Source: Paramecium tetraurelia (Eukaryota). From it: 64,000 bases of DNA. The stretch lies in NCBI GenBank assembly GCA_000165425.1, contig CT868152.1, positions 186,001-250,000 on the forward strand, read 5' to 3'. This document shows positions 12,202-28,225 of this stretch, piece after piece. Below the pieces are notes generated by a model. That model searched no databases and was not told the origin of the DNA. It saw only the letters and a list, made by a program, of their open reading frames with translations. The translations under genes were made by a program, and so were the position numbers. Positions within the stretch are counted from its first letter, which is position 1; every line of letters begins with the position of its first letter.

Positions 12202-12553
12202 AATTAATTATAATTTATGTTAAAATAAATCATCAATTAATGTTAAATCAATTTCTAATAAATAATAATCTATTGTTATAAACAGTCTTATTTATTTGCA
12301 TGTATTTTTAATATAATGATCTACATGAATAGAAAAAAACTATGGTAGAAGATATTATATAGATTTGATATTAGGATATAATTTTAAACTTATTAGATAT
12401 ATAATTATAGATTTAAAGATTAAAGAATCATAGACAAGAATACTCAAAATTCAAAATGAAATTCAAATAATCAATATAATTTACATAATATATAATTTTA
12501 TATGATTATCTAGAATGAAATAAAAAAAAGATTACGTGTTAATTAAATAAATT

Positions 12554-13964
<1,411 letters not shown>

Positions 13965-14226
13965 TTTTATAATGAAATATAATTTATTCTGATAATTTAA
14001 AGAAGTTATTAATTTAAATTTGCACCATCAGAACTTTAAAGGTGATCAAATAACATCCCAGTAAATACTCTTGTCTTTAAACTAAATTACAAAAGATTTA
14101 CTGCACAAATGTGTTACTATCTTAAGCATAGTTAATTATAAATGAACAAAAATATAATAATAATCTAATTCGGATATGTATTTAGTAATTATATATTTTT
14201 ATAATTATTATATGCCATATCATAAT

Positions 14227-15395
14227 TCACTTCTAATGTGAGAGTTAGTTTCACGATTTTTCTTTAGTTTTATCGCATTATTTAAGGCTTATACTCTATA
14301 TTTTTTCATTCTATCATCACGTATCTTTTCTTGAATGTCATTCTCCTTCTTTATAAAATTGTTGATTTGCTTTATTGTTTATTTTGTATTTTGGTTCTCA
14401 CTTTTTGTGTCTTGAACAATCTATTCTAATCTATTGGCTGGCGAGTTGATTGGCGAACTTAATGTTGAAAATTGAGGAACTATGAGCATTCTATTGTTTT
14501 ATTGAGATGTAGAGGCTCTTCTGCTTAAGAAACTCATTTCTTGAGATTAGGGCCTTAATCCTTAACTTTAATTTCGAGATGCCATTCTACTGTGTTTGGT
14601 TGAAAAGTCTTGGGTTTAATCTTCATTTTAGGATTTAAAATACGAAATCAAACTTTTATGTTGCATCTTAACTTCCTTGTTTGTATCACTTTTATGAGAT
14701 TAGAGATTTTCAGAAAAAAAGGCAGATTCAATAATTTATTTCATTTCAGTAATTGATTGTTATTTTGGTTTTAATTTTTTGATAAAATACTCTTGAAAAT
14801 TCATTATTTACTCTTCATAACTCATTTTGATTTTATTCATTTCCAATAGTTCTGACAATTCTTTCAATCTGGATTAATCATAAATTTGATTTCTCAATTT
14901 TTAAGACCATAATTCATTAGTATAAATGACTCCATTATTTTATTTAAATTGATGTTAATACGTATCGTGTACTTTGTTATTAGAGATTTAACTTAAAATA
15001 TCCTTATAATCAGCTTTGGATGAGATAGATCTTGCAGCACCAGAAGAAGCTTTTTTTAATTATAAATAATATTGTTCTAGTTAAGAGTTTTTGGTAAAAA
15101 TTTCATAGGTTTTCTTCCTCTATACTAATTTAGGATTATTTATTATTTAAGGGATTTAAAATAAGTACTTAAACTTAAATTTACTATCTCCAACAGCTTA
15201 CTTAATTTAATCCTATAATTCATTTTTATTTTCTTAAGTTATAGCATTAAGCCAAGTTTAATCAAATGATTTATTATTTTTTCTTTACAATCTATTAACA
15301 AATTGTAGTTTCTTTTTTTAGTGATTCATATTTTCGAGTTCTTCCTCATCATCTTCCAATATCTAATTATCTTGGCATTTTATTAAATTTTTCAT
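14227..15395 (-). CDS. Hypothetical low-complexity protein (5' structure uncertain)
   Basis: Long TGA-free frame (YEIFTKNSQLEQ...ELWSQKLRNQ...) ending HQK* at 14227; start and introns not resolved. Confidence 0.55.
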
Positions 15396-15803
15396 ATAAT
15401 AAATATTTATAAATCAACAGTATTCATATTCCTTTTATTTAAGAAACAAAGCAACCCCATTACTTTTTTTAAGACTAATTATTTGAAAAAGATAGTTTAT
15501 ATTAAATCCAAAATAATATAATAACTCCTTCTACAAATTTTCAAAGTAATCGCTTTTCTATAATTCTGTATAAATTATTTAATTTTAATGATAATTTTTC
15601 AATAAGTCTCAAATAATTCAATTATGCTCATTTTGACCTTAAATTGATACTTTCTTAGGTACAATTAATTAATTTTGAAAGAACCTAATTAGAAAAGAGT
15701 TATAAATCCTAATTTGGCACTAAATGTGAAAATAATTACTGAATTCAAATTAGAAAGAGCTGGTTTGAATTTGATTATAATATGTAAATTAATTTAGAAT
15801 AAA

Positions 15804-17289
15804 ATGACTTAATTATTAAAGAAGAATATCGAATCCTTATTTCCTTAGTTTAGTGTCCTTGAGATTTTGAGATAGAATGTATACAAGAAAACGATCCTTT
15901 TGAAAAGAGGCAACAAAAATTATGTTTTGAGATTATTTAATTTAGAAGGTATTAATAAGGAAAGGGTGATCTCAATTATAAAAATATTGAACAAACTGTC
16001 TAGAAAGAACAATCCTCATATTGTAAAATTTTATGAAGCCTCTCATGATATAGATAATACCTATTTAGGGTATGATATAAATATATTTCAAAGGGTTATC
16101 AGTGAATACATCGAATGTTAATATTAATGTCCCTTGGAAGAAAAGGATATACTAATAATTCTAATATAAGTATCAACGTAAAACTAAATTAGTTATGTTC
16201 GGCCCTCAGTTTATTTCATCCGAAAAGACCTCATGGAAAAATACTGTTATCAAATTTATTTTGTTTTGGTAAAAATGCAGTTTTGGGAGAGATGAACATC
16301 CTATTTTATTTGCATCCTGAGGAATATTTGGATATTTATCTATTGGCACCTGAATTTGCTAAATCTAAAACCTATGATTGTAAATCAGACATATGGATGC
16401 TTGGTTTTTTAATTTACTAATTCATGTTTAAAGAAGCTCCTTTCAAAGCCAATAACATCAATGTGTTGCATAAATAAATCCTGAAAGGGTTAAAATTTAC
16501 ATACAATCCCTAATATAGCTTGAATATGAATAACTTATTAAGGATTATGTTGTGTTATGATCCTGATCTAAGACCAACTTTAGAATCAATAAGATCATTC
16601 GCATAAACAGCCTTAGCAAGTTCTGAGAAAATAGATATATTCAAATTACTACCTAAATATAAATTAGAGTAAATAGCATTACACAAAAAAAGAGAAGACA
16701 AAAAACCACAATAAATTGATAATTAAATTTATTTAAATGAGGATACATCAAAATATCCTTCATTTCGACCTTCAAAAGTCTTGAAAACCTTTAAGAAAAT
16801 ACTATCCCCAAGTCCATCTCCAAAGCATATTGTTTTGAATTTAATCGAAAAGAATGAGAGCTTAATCAATAATCAAACTCAACCCTCATAAAATCACTTC
16901 TCATAATTAGAATAATTTGATAGCAAGAAGAATTTATCTACCACAGGCAAAAACTCGAATTAATCTTAAAAATTAATCAATTAATCACAAGGAATCTCAA
17001 TTTCAAACCAATAAAGTTAACGAAATTCTCTGTATCCAGTGTAATTACCAAAAGTGTTATAATTTTAATTTAGCAAGATAAAATTTAGACACGAGATGAC
17101 TCCAAAAAAGGAATTAGATGAATCTATGTAATTATTTGAGTTTACCAATTTAGTTAAGAATAACCAATGGCAAAATATGCCCAATTACCATAAAAGATTA
17201 ATAATATCCCACTTAAGAAATCTCCTCCGAAGATGTTGTTTCATCAATACCAAGACACTGTTCTCAGATCTTTTAGCCAAAGATAATGA
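15804..17289 (+). CDS. NEK-like pseudokinase
   Basis: NPHIVKFYEA, APE and KSDIWMLG retained; YVLR, HGKILLSN and LGEMN replace the VAIK, HRD and DFG motifs; S/Q-rich tail; start approximate. Confidence 0.75.
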
Positions 17290-17380
17290 ATATCTATAAT
17301 CATGCCTACTTTAGAATTCTACAAAGCATTCTTTATAATTAAAAATCAAGAAATAAATTTAATATTATATAATAGACACA

Positions 17381-18868
17381 TCACTTTTTACTGAATTTCG
17401 TTTACTTTATAGTTTATCCAGTTGATTAAGGTTATTTTTATAATAAAGGGGATTATTGAGGGGTAGGGGTTTTCTTTTGTGTTTACGTTAATTGTCTCGT
17501 AGATTATGGATGTTATTTAGCGAATTATTTGGAAAACTGAACATTATGTTGTTTATTCGTTGCTGATTATGATTGTTGTTAGACAGGTTAATTGTCACCC
17601 TCATCAATCTATTGCAGTTGAGTTTAGATTTTAGGTCTATGATAAATGTACAAATTACTTATTAGTAGCAGTGCTTAAGGTATTTTCATTAGTAACAAAA
17701 GGGTGGTTTAAGAGTTCGATCGAAGTAATTCTTTTCTTTGGTTCTGGTTCCAAGGCACGATACAAACAATCTAAACAATTTTGGGAGAGCTTGTTATTGT
17801 ACTCATGAGGAATATTGAGTCTCCCCTCTGAAATTTAGGCGATAATCTCTTTGTTAGTATTACCGGCAAATGGTAATGTACCAAATAACATCCCATACAA
17901 TATTATACCCATTGACCACACATCCACCAAGGGAGAGACTGCCTTATCCATTCCTAGTTATAATAGAGGAGTGAAGACTACCTTTGAGCAATTCAGGAGC
18001 CATGTATCTCAGACTGCCTGCATCTGCATTTTCTGGATTGTCGTTGGATGCAAAACCAGAAATACCAAAGTCAATACATTTGATTATGCCCGAATCTTTG
18101 CTTGTCAACAATAAGTTTTCTAATTTTAAATCTCTATGAATTATCTTCTTCTGATGACAGTATGATATCGCACTGACTAACTATTTAAAATAATGTCTAG
18201 CCTCACTCTCCTCAAATCTCCCTTTGGTTTACAAATACTACAGTAATTCGCCTCCCTCCAAATATTCCATGATATAAACAGTTTACAAGTTCTGTAAGAA
18301 GAAGGCATTGTAAATCTTTACGATATTATCATGCTTTAACGATTTGAGTGCCCTTGCCTCTCTGAAGATCATATCAACATCCTGATTATGATAAATTTAT
18401 ACTTAAGCATTTGTCATCATCTATTTCACCATCTTGATAGCCACCTTCTCGCCTGTTTGTTTGTGCCTTCCCAAGACTACCTTTCCAAATCCTCCTTCTC
18501 CGATATCTTACAATTGTTCATACTCTGCCAATTAAAAGCTTTCATCAAATTCTTCACCTTTAAATAACATAGTCATTTAGTTTTACCTTTGGATGCAAAT
18601 AACACAGTTCCGTTTTTTATATAATCCAAATCGTCTTCAGTTATTTCTACTCCTTCCTAATTAAACAGTCTTAGTCTATTAAACTGAGTGTCCCATTTTT
18701 ATTGCAAAGATTTACGTATTTCATTAAATTTAGTATTATCTCGGATTGTTAAGGTACAACATAAATTAGAATTGCCATTCCGATAGATTTTTATCTAGTT
18801 TTAATATTATTTGATTCTACGTCTTTGTTATTTGTAGTTGGCTAATAATCATCATAAAATTGATCCAT
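17381..18868 (-). CDS. Ser/Thr protein kinase (CAMKL/SNF1-MARK-like)
   Basis: IGEGGFGKV, VAIKM, HRDLKLENLL, IDFG, GSLRYMAPE, DVWSMGIILYGMLFGTLPF. Confidence 0.93.
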
Positions 18869-19030
18869 ATTTATAATTAGATTTTAATTGCATATATATT
18901 GAATTAAAATTCCTATTTCCCTCAGTGTTTTCACCTTTTGATATTTCAGACTTCTCCTCTCCATATCTCATTATTATAAATATATATTATTCTATGAGAT
19001 ATTTACTCAATATTTTATTAAATCATAAAA

Positions 19031-19689
19031 ATGAAAGTGGATTTTTTAACGCGTTTTAAAGGGAGGACTTCTACAATGAACAAACGTGAAGGTGTCACTG
19101 GAATCATTAAATCAAATGGTACTCCAATTGAGAAAATGCCTGCCTCATACACTTTTAGTTCCTACATCTCCAATTAGCATGCCTATAACTATTCAGATGT
19201 TGAAAAACACTCACAATAATCAAATGATGTCACTCCTACAAGCAAAGACCCATAAGTTATCACCAACATTAAAACATTTAACAAAAATAGAAAATTATCA
19301 CATGCCTCTCCTTTAAAACCCGGCACTAATATGTCAAACATGTATCGATCACAATTTGTTCCCGATAAGGAAATGTACTCGTTTCCTCTCTCGAAAACAG
19401 GATCAGTCAACCTAAACGATTACGAATTGATTGCTATACCAAAAAGTGTCTTGTGTATAACTATTTAAAAATATTAGAATTTGGTATTAGAGTAGAACAT
19501 ACTGACGGGGATTAACCTAGATAAACTGTCTTGCCAAACATCTCAAGACAGTTCCAATCTAAGTCATAATCCCTTGATTTACAACAAGATAGACCAATGA
19601 TCAAATCAGAAATATTGAATTAAGGTTCTTATGCAAAGTAAAAAGAAAAAAGAAGCCTTCTTATAGCTGGAATGAATTCAATTAAATGA
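19031..19689 (+). CDS. Hypothetical protein
   Basis: MKVDFLTRFKGRTSTM... open to TGA 19687 with one ~23-nt intron. Confidence 0.7.
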
Positions 19690-19889
19690 TTGCCTTTTTT
19701 CTGATATTCTATATATATGTTTTTTTCATTTTCTATTCCCTTAATTTTTAGCAAACAAACCATTTTTTATTTTATAACATTAATGACTCTCATAAGATCA
19801 ATAATTAAAAATTCAAGAACAGAATATCGTAATGTAATTATAAAACAATTTAATATATGTGTACTATTTTGCGCTTTTCATTTAATCAC

Positions 19890-20255
19890 TCAAGCTTATA
19901 ATTCTTAATCGATTCTTGCTTTTCCATCTTAGGTAAGTTGTAAACTGACAACCAACTTCACTCTCTTTCTTCCTTCAATATCAGCTGTGATTGAATTAAT
20001 TTTAGTTATTGTGACCAAACCTTAATATAGATTTTAACTCATACCTTATCTCTATAAATTTTCAGCAACTCTAACACTGATCTTTGTAGCCTCACCTAAT
20101 GCATGCAATTCAACATTTTGGAATTTCTTCAAAAATATTTTTGAAATGAATATGAAATCTCTTGCATTTTTCTTTGAAGAAATATGCAACTTATTATCTG
20201 TTGGATCAAGCTTTTACTTTTAACCTCTTTATTGCTATTAGGTGACTGTGCTCAT
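19890..20255 (-). CDS. Alba-domain nucleic-acid-binding protein
   Basis: LHISSKKNARDFI...VELHALGEATKISVRVAENLQRQGLVTITKI; one 24-nt intron. Confidence 0.85.
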
Positions 20256-21225
20256 TTTTATTTAAAAAATAAATATCTAATTTTAATATAAAAAGGAAAT
20301 TATTTCATGTTATTTCAATTACTTTCAAAATTCATATAGATATACATTGCATATTTCTTAGCCCATCCCTTTTCATATAAATACATAAGTAACCATTCCC
20401 TCTTGATTGATCAACTTATTATTCTTTAATCATATTTCTTAATCTCCATTTTATTAAATCAGAAACTCATCTTAAACATTTTTATTTTGTAAAAAAACAA
20501 TTTAAGCTCTATAATTAAAAGTGCGTATCTTCGTAGAATGATAAACTATTAAATTTATGGATCCAATGCATAAATGAGATCTAAAGTAAAGGCTAATTAA
20601 TTCATATATGCGAAGGTCAATTAGAATCCACAATCAATTAATTTATCTTGATAAACAAACTTAAACAACGGTTTCCTATAATCTAGTCATCTCAAATTAA
20701 ATATTTCTTTGATATTTCGTTAATTATGACTTAAAATTATCAATAAATTTAGTTCAAAGAAATACCTTTAATTGCAAATTCATTAAAGATATCTCATTAA
20801 TCTTAAATATGTTGATAACCATCCCAATATTATGAATCTTTAATTCTCTGTTTACAAATTCTGTAATTAATTCTAACATTGAAAAATTAGTATTCCTCAT
20901 AGTTATTAATAACATATGTTAATCTTAAAAGTGTAATCAATTTGAATTTGAATTCTGATAAATTTTTATTCTAATTTACAGCATTTTCATCATCTAATTA
21001 ATATTATTAAAGAGTTACGAAACATATCAAATCAAATCTTATTAAGAAATTCAGATAAATTCTTTTAACCCCCTTTGGTTAAAAATATTTTTAATGAAAT
21101 TTACCTCCTCTATAATTGGTATTGAAACTCAATAATTATTAACTAATAATCAATTTAACAATATAAGTTATTATATATATATACGTGTAATTATAAAGGC
21201 AATAAAATATTAATTAAAAAAAATA

Positions 21226-21298
21226 TGGAGCAACCGAGCTTCGATCTCAGCGCCTCATGCATGCTAAGCATACGCTCTACCAAATGAGCTATTACCCC
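21226..21298 (-). tRNA. trnA-AGC: tRNA-Ala(AGC)
   Basis: GGGGTAATAGCTCATTTGGTAGAGCGTATGCTTAGCATGCATGAGGCGCTGAGATCGAAGCTCGGTTGCTCCA: cloverleaf, G3:U70 identity pair, followed by an oligo-T Pol III terminator. Confidence 0.95.
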
Positions 21299-21856
21299 AC
21301 GTTCGAAAATTAAGTGATCTATACCTATTTATTAACCCCTATGTGATTATTATCTGATAGTTATCAAATATTATTAACTCATTAAATAATTTCAAATCAA
21401 TCAAACATTATTAAAGCAGATTTAGGGTCACTATGAGATAACTGAAGTTAATTTATATTAAATAATACACAAAATGAAAAAAAATAAATTTAATCCAAAA
21501 CTAATATAAATAATATATATTATTTGTTTTTCTGTTTTAACAAAGAAACGTCAGAACTAAAGAGACAAATTTATAAAACATGTGTATAAAAGTAATAAGG
21601 GAAGTTGTGATACTAAGAGAGAGATTTTATATATAATTAAACAGTTCAAACTTATTTATAAGAATATTTTAATTTTATAAATTAATGAGATAGGTTACTT
21701 TTAGAGAAAAGACTTGATTTGATAGTGACTTAATAGCTAATTCAAGGAGTATTATTGTTTCTCTTGCAAACAAGATGAGGGCTGTGTAGATATATCTAAA
21801 GAGTAAGTAGAATAAGAGATGATGATGCTTTATTATTAATATTTTATTAATGATAC

Positions 21857-22415
21857 TCATGATTACGATAAGATCAATGACACAATTAAACCATACAAGG
21901 CCAATGCTTCTGCGAAAATGAGGATTAAAATCAATCCTACGAATAACCTTTCTTATTATGCATTTCCCCTGACACCAACATCTCCAACAATTCCTATAGC
22001 AAATCCTGCTGCAATACAACTACATCCACAACATAATCCAGAGGCCATATGAGCAAAACCAGATTTATAAGAGTATTCTAAGGGATTTTTTACTATTTTT
22101 ATAATCCAATTGGATTAATACCTTTTTACGATAGCAACACAGCCACGATCATACCATAGATACCCAAAATACCTGCCATAACTACAGGGATTAATGATTT
22201 CATGATAATTTCTGGTTTCCATATACCAATGGCTGCAATTCCAGCTCCAGCCTTAAATGTTCCATATCCTGCTCCCAAATCTATAATAAATATATCGATA
22301 ATATGCCAATACTTGCTAATACCAATGCCATAGTGACTCCCATGAAACCAAAGAATGAGGATGCACTGATTGAAGTAGTATCAGAACTCACCATAGTATC
22401 AAGAATAAAAAGCAT
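21857..22415 (-). CDS. VMA3: V-ATPase proteolipid subunit c
   Basis: [54 protein letters not shown]; 2 introns. Confidence 0.97.
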
Positions 22416-22518
22416 TTTATTTTATTTATTATTCAATATTTTATGGAGAGAAATGTTAAAAAAAGTATTATTAAGAAATATCAATATCAACAAATTAGAA
22501 ATTATTTTTGATAATTAA

Positions 22519-24048
22519 TCATCCTTCTTGTCCAAATTCAGCTGTCCAATCTTCGTATTTCTTAAGATCACCTTAAGAAACAGATGGTCTACACTTTGGA
22601 AGTACACTTAAGAAATCATCCTAAAAAATTCATAATTCTAATACATATTCAGTATTTGGTAAATGAATTTATCCCTTTTTGATATCGAACATTCGCATTT
22701 ATTGACCTTAAGGATCAGAAGGAGAACAAGCTGTGTATTTCATTCCATCTGGAGTTTATATCTATTTAAAATGAGTAGCCCTTTCGGTTTTTCTTAAAGG
22801 TTCAAAACAAGCATCTCTTATTAAAGTATTCATATCAGACCCTGAATATCCCTCCAGCATCTTAGCAATGTCTTCAAATTCAGCTGGGGTTAGATTATTA
22901 GGAGTGCCTTACATTTTGTTTTTCAACAATGACAATCTCCCTTAAAACTCAGGCAGGGGAATGTAAATTCTCTTTTCAAATCTATAAATATCTTAGTGAA
23001 TGATCATACCTTCTTCTAATGGCTGGATCCAAGGTCCATGGTAAGTTTGTGGCACCCAAAACAAGAACTGATTCATTGTTATTGCCAACTCCTTGCATTT
23101 CTACTAAGAATTGAGTCTTAACTCTAGATGAGGCTTCATTCCCACTTCCACTCTCTCTATTACCAGTCATTGAATCCACTTCATCGATGAATATAATTGT
23201 TGGTTTTGATTCTCTAGCCATATTAAATAACTCTTTGATTAATCTCTCTGATTCTCCCACAAACTTAGATATCAAATCTGCTGAAGATACAGAGAAGAAT
23301 GTTCCATCACATTCTGTTGCACATGCTTTAGCTAAGAATGTTTTACCTGTTCCTGGAGGCTAAAATATTTCATTAATGTTGTACTCCATATAATAGGATC
23401 CCCATCCAAGGCTTACGTGCCCCTTAAAAGAGTTCTGGGAATCTCATTGGCGTTATTATAGCTTCTTTTAAGGCTTCCTTTGCTTTCTCTAATCCAGCAA
23501 CATCATCCCATTTGACGTTCGGCTTCTCAGTGACTATAGCTGTTGATAGATTATTCCTAAGAGCTTATTATCCTTCAACAAGTCTAATATAATTCTTATA
23601 TAATAAATTTTACTTTTATTTTCCTTAATCATCCTATTAGTTAGTACTTTTGTTCAATCCATTGTTACCATTTTAGGTTTTTGGTTATTAATAAGGTTAG
23701 GGATTTTATGAGAACTATTATTATTGTTACTATTATTAAGCAGGAAAAGAGTTTTACGCCTATAGACTTGCTCTATAATTATCTAGATAGGCTTTCATAT
23801 TTTGCATCTCTGAAGTAAACTCATTTAATTTTTGACTTGTAATTTATAACAATTAAGGACTTGTTTCTTGTTTAGCATATTTTACTAATTCTTAACATCC
23901 CAATTTCATTTTATCATAACCTCCTTATTTGGCCTCAAGAGTAGCCCCTTTTAAGTATTCAGTTTTTCCTACATTCTATATTTTAAATACCTTCAACTAT
24001 CAATTGAATTGCTTAATCCCTTAACTTGTTTAAATACGATTCTGACAT
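22519..24048 (-). CDS. VPS4: AAA ATPase VPS4 (MIT + AAA)
   Basis: [66 protein letters not shown]. Confidence 0.96.
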
Positions 24049-25222
24049 AAAATAATTAATAATAAATTTTCAATTAAAAGCACCCCTGAAATTATCTGTA
24101 ATCAAAATTTCACCTAGACACTCTAAATCTAATCATATGCACTGTTTTCTATTCTAAGATATACAACATCTTATTCTTATTTAAATTTTTCCATTCAGTA
24201 TACATAAATAATCAATAATGTTACAAACTATTAATAAGTATGGTACATTCTATAATAATTTTTATTCAAATGTTTTGTTTTAAGTTTTTTGATTATTGAT
24301 TGATTTATTCTATTAGATTTATTTGAGTTTGTTGATCCATCAAATATATTTTAGTATTATAATCAATGATTATAATTGTTATCATTATGATCTACATTAT
24401 TAGAACGAACAATAAGCTAGTAAAAATAACTTTTTTAATTATTCTTATTAGTAATCAATATTTTTAGTTACATCTTGCAACGCAATTATATATGAGATAC
24501 TGAAGATAATTTAAATCTGTCTTTGGAAATTTATGATTCAATTCTAATTGAATCATTCTTATCTATTATAAGATAAAAATTAGATGTATTTTAATATTAT
24601 TTCAATTAATAATGTTGTAGATCAACTATTATTTAAATTGTATATAAAATGGGATTATCATTAAAAAGTCTATTAATTAAAGGGAAATCTTATATTATAC
24701 ATATTTAAGAAATCCAAATCTGAACTGAACCCAATTCATTTCAAATGAGAAATCCTTTATTGCAAATTTAAACAAAAGGAGAACTTGAGAATTTCATTTC
24801 GAGTGCCCTCTACCTTTAGTAATTATTAAATTCAATTTAATTGTATTTGGAAATTTAAAATATTATGACATTAAAGGGATTCTCAAAAATAATAAATAAT
24901 ATAAATTCTTCATTCTATCAAACTAAATAAAAATAAGGTCATATTTTTTATTAGTATTGGTAATGATTTAATAATAATATTACTATCTGGACAATTAAAA
25001 CTTGGGCTACTAGAATTATATCAGAGAAGTATTGCTGATATCTAATGAATTTAACTTTTAAATTTTCACAGTTATCAAAATGAAACTTCATTAAAATTCC
25101 ATAAACGATCTTATTTAAAAGTCAAAGACTCATTCCTAAAATTTTATGAATAAAAATAATGACTGACAATTATTTAATGATAATAGTTAATAAAATTTTA
25201 TTGATATATTTAACTACTCCAC

Positions 25223-26150
25223 ATGATCTATTCTCAACATCCATATGATTAACCCATTAGGTAATCTCAAATTTTTATAATCAGTGCTTTTCCTTAAGGA
25301 TACCCCATGTATTATTAGCATTATCAACCATACCCTGCATCATTTGAACCCTATCAAGTATTATCAAATGTGATACCTATCACTGAGCCATTACCATAAG
25401 CAATTATTTATCCACAGGAAACAGTAATTGAAAGATACCCTCCCTTATAAATGCCGAAGAAAGTTGAAGTGGAATATACTCAATAAGAAAAAAGAAAAAA
25501 TTTATACAATTTAGATAACAATCCATATTTGTTTTCATCTGCAAGAGCCAGAAATTATTCGCAATAATTACCTCCATAAAGTTATTAATAATAACCTCAT
25601 GAGGCACACTAAGTTTAATTTTAGACAAATAGAATGGAAAATACTTAAAGAATATTCGACCCCTAAATTTAATCAAACTAACAGAGAGATCTGAGAGTAT
25701 CTGAATCAACAAGATAATTTTACCCACCTCAATAATAATCCATTAATGATTAAATTGATCAGAGACTTAGAAATACTTCACAATACCCAATATCAAATAT
25801 TCAATAGTCCAAAATACTTGAATAAAAAGATTATTACATTCAATCATAGAACATACCTATTTAGGAATATGTACAACCAATTTAAACTTAAAGTTTGCAT
25901 CCTTAGTATTAAATTACTGCATAATTTCAGCCCTTATAATCAAAAAGTCTAAATGATTAAACTGGAAGATAATTGAATGAATCAAAACCTCCTATTATTC
26001 AGTCAACAATTGTAATTTTGAAAATAATATAAATAGCAATACAATGCGCCAAAACAAAGACCCGGACTTAATCTAAACTTAAATCAATATAAATCAGCAA
26101 GTTAAAGCCTTTCACAATCTAAATTAAGAAGATCTAAAATTTTCGATTGA
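25223..26150 (+). CDS. Hypothetical Q/P/Y-rich protein
   Basis: MIYSQHPYDQPI|SAFPQGYPMYYQHYQPYP...VIERYPP...RRSKIFD*; 2 introns. Confidence 0.7.
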
Positions 26151-26742
26151 CTATAATTAATGATGAATATATATTAATTACATTTTATTGTTTTGCCTTC
26201 TGAGACTTTGTGGATTATTAATAATGATATATGTTGCATATAAAAACTACATCCTGTATTCATTTAAAATTGTAAAAATGTGTATCATCATTAAAGTAAA
26301 TTTGAAAAACCTCCATTATTAATGATTTATCTCTAAATTTCTAATTATAAAATTACAATTTAATTTTTCAGATTGGATTATTTTTAAGGTTTTTTTAATT
26401 TCATTTGTTCTTCTCAAAGAGAATCAATCGCTAAATTATATAATTCTTTGTAATTTGAAAGATGATGGAGATAAATTAAATTTTATTTCTATAATTAAGT
26501 ATTATATTTGATAAATATTCAGTCAATTAAATTATTTCTCAATCCATTCTTTCTTATATCCTAAAAGTCTTACATTTCATTTTTAATTCATACTGTGGTT
26601 CCAACATAATTTCTTTAATGTAAAGTATCGTATCATAGATATTTCTTGCAGCTTAGAGCGCTAAAATGGAGTTTAATCAATAAAATTAATTTTCTATATT
26701 TAGTTTATATTATACAATATTAATTTTTTATAGTCAAAAGTG

Positions 26743-27172
26743 TCATTCTTCATCAGTTGTTTCTCTAATTAAGGCAAAATATTTCCTCATAATTTATTTA
26801 CTCCTTAAAATTGGTTTGCTCTATACTTTTATTCTATTTTTGAAGCATTTCTTCTTGCTTTTCTTTATTAGTTAGTTGTAAGGGTTGAATTTTTAATGAT
26901 GTGATCTAGATTTTTATTAAAAAATACCTGCATTGACTTGGTGATCTAGTTCCTATAATCTCACTCATTTTTTTAAATAATGGTTATCCTTTCTTGTATG
27001 AGCCGTCTGCACCTCTAACATTTTATAAAAATTCTAAATATATAGCATGCTCTTAGTCATCCCAATGACCTGTTCGTTATTATGAACAATTATTTGTTTC
27101 TTATTATTTTGAAGTATTTATAGTAGGATCAAGATAATCCTCACCTTGTTAGTCTGAGCCATCGAATTTCAT
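26743..27172 (-). CDS. Single Myb-domain (SHAQKYF-class) transcription factor
   Basis: TGHWDDQEHAIYLEF...FKKMSEIIGTRSPSQCRSHHQKF; one intron; start could lie further upstream. Confidence 0.85.
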
Positions 27173-27777
27173 TTCTAAATAAATCCTAAATTAAATTATG
27201 TAAGTCGAACAATTATTTTCTGATTTATATATCCCATACTGATTACAAATTACGAGCATTAGAATCTGTTTATTTATCTATCTAAGAGTCACTGAACTAA
27301 TTCAAATATTTTTTAAAGCTCTATATTTTTATAGCAATTAGATATTTTACTATTGGTTAGTTTAATTGGATAAAAATTGTTTGCCTTAAATATAGGGAAG
27401 ACTTAAAATTATAAAACCTCTAATCTTTTTTTATAACTCTATTTTTAAAGTACTTGTTATGATAAAATGGCTTATTTGGATAAGATGGGATATTTTTGTA
27501 TCACTATTTATGGTATAAAATAAATGCAATTTCAACCCATTTTTAAATAATCAGGATTGACTATATTAGAATTCATATATATTCAAGAGATTATTGCTAA
27601 TAGTTTCAAAGTTTTAATTAGAAGTATGATTTAGATTGAGAGTTAAAGAATATGAAAGTATTAACTAATGAGTCTACCCTAAGTCATATTTTGATAACTT
27701 ATCCAAAAACTTATAATTAGATAAAAAAGCTGCTGAAAACGAATAAAATTTATGTATGAGCTCAACGACTAAAATAC

Positions 27778-27850
27778 TGCGATAGCCCATTTTCGAACTG
27801 GGGACCTTCAGTGTGTAAAACTGACGTGATAACCACTACACCACAACTGC
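27778..27850 (-). tRNA. trnV-TAC: tRNA-Val(TAC), structurally damaged (probable pseudo-tRNA)
   Basis: GCAGTTGTGGTGTAGTGGTTATCACGTCAGTTTTACACACTGAAGGTCCCCAGTTCGAAAATGGGCTATCGCA; D and anticodon arms intact, but A3-C70, U6-U67 and G53-A61 mismatches. Confidence 0.85.
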
Positions 27851-28225
27851 ATTATAATTTCATAACTAAATTTCACCTTAATTTTTTTAATCATTAATAA
27901 AAATTGATAAACATCTTCTGGTTCTTACTTAAGATATCCATTAAAACTTAAAGTTAATTACAGCTTTAGAATGTTATAATGAAATTGAGAATCTATTTTA
28001 ATATAAAAAGAAGATTTGAAAAAAATCCTTTATAATGAAAAAGAAATATATTTATAAATAAAAATGATTGAATTTTATTTTAATTGTTTTTGTTTATAAT
28101 AACACTTATTATTGTATTAATCCTTTATTTATCTCTTGGAATTCTTCTTATTTATTACCTAAAAATATAATTTAAATATAAGCGATTATTAATTATATGT
28201 GTATATATATATATAATAATATATT

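Noticed and set aside
25404..25727. 107-aa minus-strand ORF in the supplied track
   Set aside because: It is the antisense shadow of the Q/P-rich plus-strand gene 25223-26150, which has a proper start, introns and stop.
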